Below are positions 63,225 to 64,000 of a DNA stretch of 64,000 nucleotides, piece by piece. This DNA comes from an uncultured Clostridia bacterium (lineage in GTDB: Bacteria; Bacillota; Clostridia; Oscillospirales; Oscillospiraceae): contig CAMFFO010000001.1 of the NCBI GenBank assembly GCA_945949735.1, positions 35,362 through 99,361 of the forward strand, read 5' to 3'. The notes under the pieces are model-generated. The model was given only the letters and a program-made list of their open reading frames with translations. It did no database searches and had not been told where the DNA came from. Made by a program: the position numbers and the translations under genes. The stretch's first letter is position 1. Every line of letters starts with the position of its first letter.

Positions 63225-64000
63225 ATGTCATTGCTTCAGCTTCTCAGGACTAAACCCAAGCTGCCCGGTATCACGGAATCGGAGTTTTCCTGTCAGAGGG
63301 ATGGTCTGACCATCCGGGGCACCGAATACCGTTCGGAGGGGGATCATCTCCCCATTGCCATTGTTTCCCACGGCTTCATGGCCAACCGGAATTCCGTTCG
63401 GGAATACACCCAGCTTCTTGCAGATAAAGGGTACGCCGCTTATTGCTTTGACTTCTGCGGCGGGAGTGTGCGGGGCGGAAAGAGCGACGGAAAAACCACG
63501 GAAATGTCGGTTCTGACAGAAGTCAAGGACCTTGAAGCGGTTATCCGGTACACACGGAGCCTCCCCTATACCTCCAACAAGCTGCTCCTCATGGGAGCGA
63601 GCCAGGGCGGCATGGTTTCCGCTTTGACCGCCGCGAAACCCGAAAACGACGTTGGCAAGCTGGTGCTGTTCTATCCCGCCTTCTGCATTCCGGACGATGC
63701 CAGAGCCGGAAAGATGATGTTCGCGAAATTTGACCCCAACAACATCCCCCAACGAATCAACTGTGGCCCCATGAAGCTTGGAAAATGCTATCCAACGGAT
63801 GTAATCGAAATGGATCCGTTCCTGGAAATCCAGGGCTACAAAGGGCCCGTCCTGATTGTTCACGGAACGAATGACCGGATCGTTTCCATAGATTATGCCC
63901 AAAAAGCCCAGGCAGCCTACGGTGATGCCTGTACACTGAAGATTATCCCCAACGCAGACCACGGATTCAGCAAAGAGCACGACCAACTGGCCCAATCCTA
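63225..64000 (+). CDS. Alpha/beta hydrolase (cinnamoyl/feruloyl esterase-like), truncated by window end
   Basis: ATG after GGAGGGAG; SHGF, FDFCGG, KSDG, GASQGG nucleophile elbow, HGTND, ADHGF. Confidence 0.88.
   Translation, partial: MSLLQLLRTKPKLPGITESEFSCQRDGLTIRGTEYRSEGDHLPIAIVSHGFMANRNSVREYTQLLADKGYAAYCFDFCGGSVRGGKSDGKTTEMSVLTEVKDLEAVIRYTRSLPYTSNKLLLMGASQGGMVSALTAAKPENDVGKLVLFYPAFCIPDDARAGKMMFAKFDPNNIPQRINCGPMKLGKCYPTDVIEMDPFLEIQGYKGPVLIVHGTNDRIVSIDYAQKAQAAYGDACTLKIIPNADHGFSKEHDQLAQS

Noticed and set aside
63228-63995. 255-aa minus-strand ORF
   Set aside because: Antisense to the + strand hydrolase, which the track missed because it has no stop within the window.
1-64000. Prophage, transposase, integrase, defence system, tRNA or rRNA genes
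   Set aside because: No supporting motifs or structures recognised anywhere in the window.

Overview
Mostly chromosomal housekeeping DNA from a GC-rich, spore-forming gut-type clostridium. Oscillospiraceae-like is my inference from gene content and repeat style. From left to right the window holds: lon-clpX-clpP-tig; rplS-lepB-rbgA-rnhB-yraN-dipeptidase-degenerate thrC-like-metallophosphoesterase; a ~21 kb cobalamin block; a heterodimeric ABC exporter; rex; spoIIGA-sigE; rarA; coaX; small putative sporulation genes; trpS and gltX; a BlaI/BlaR1-like pair; trxB; a minimal Rnf-like operon with its own two-component system; yajC-tgt-GNAT-queA; and a truncated alpha/beta hydrolase. The cobalamin block contains an ECF S/T pair, a riboswitch-controlled DUF4430-type lipoprotein, and a riboswitch-controlled ~17.6 kb cbi operon headed by an exported tandem-CbiK lipoprotein, two small lipoproteins and an ABC importer, but lacking cbiL and the early steps. 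The best candidates for new biology are: (1) the rnfCDG-only operon with apbE and a tandem FMN-type lipoprotein, a possible outward electron-transfer conduit; (2) the exported double-CbiK/ABC module, a possible corrin-precursor salvage system; (3) a TTAG-delimited tandem pair of covarying ~160-nt hairpin units; (4) an unannotated WRPW leader-peptide attenuator; and (5) a long multi-hairpin leader behind the B12 riboswitch. All family assignments come from motif recognition by eye; no database searches were run.
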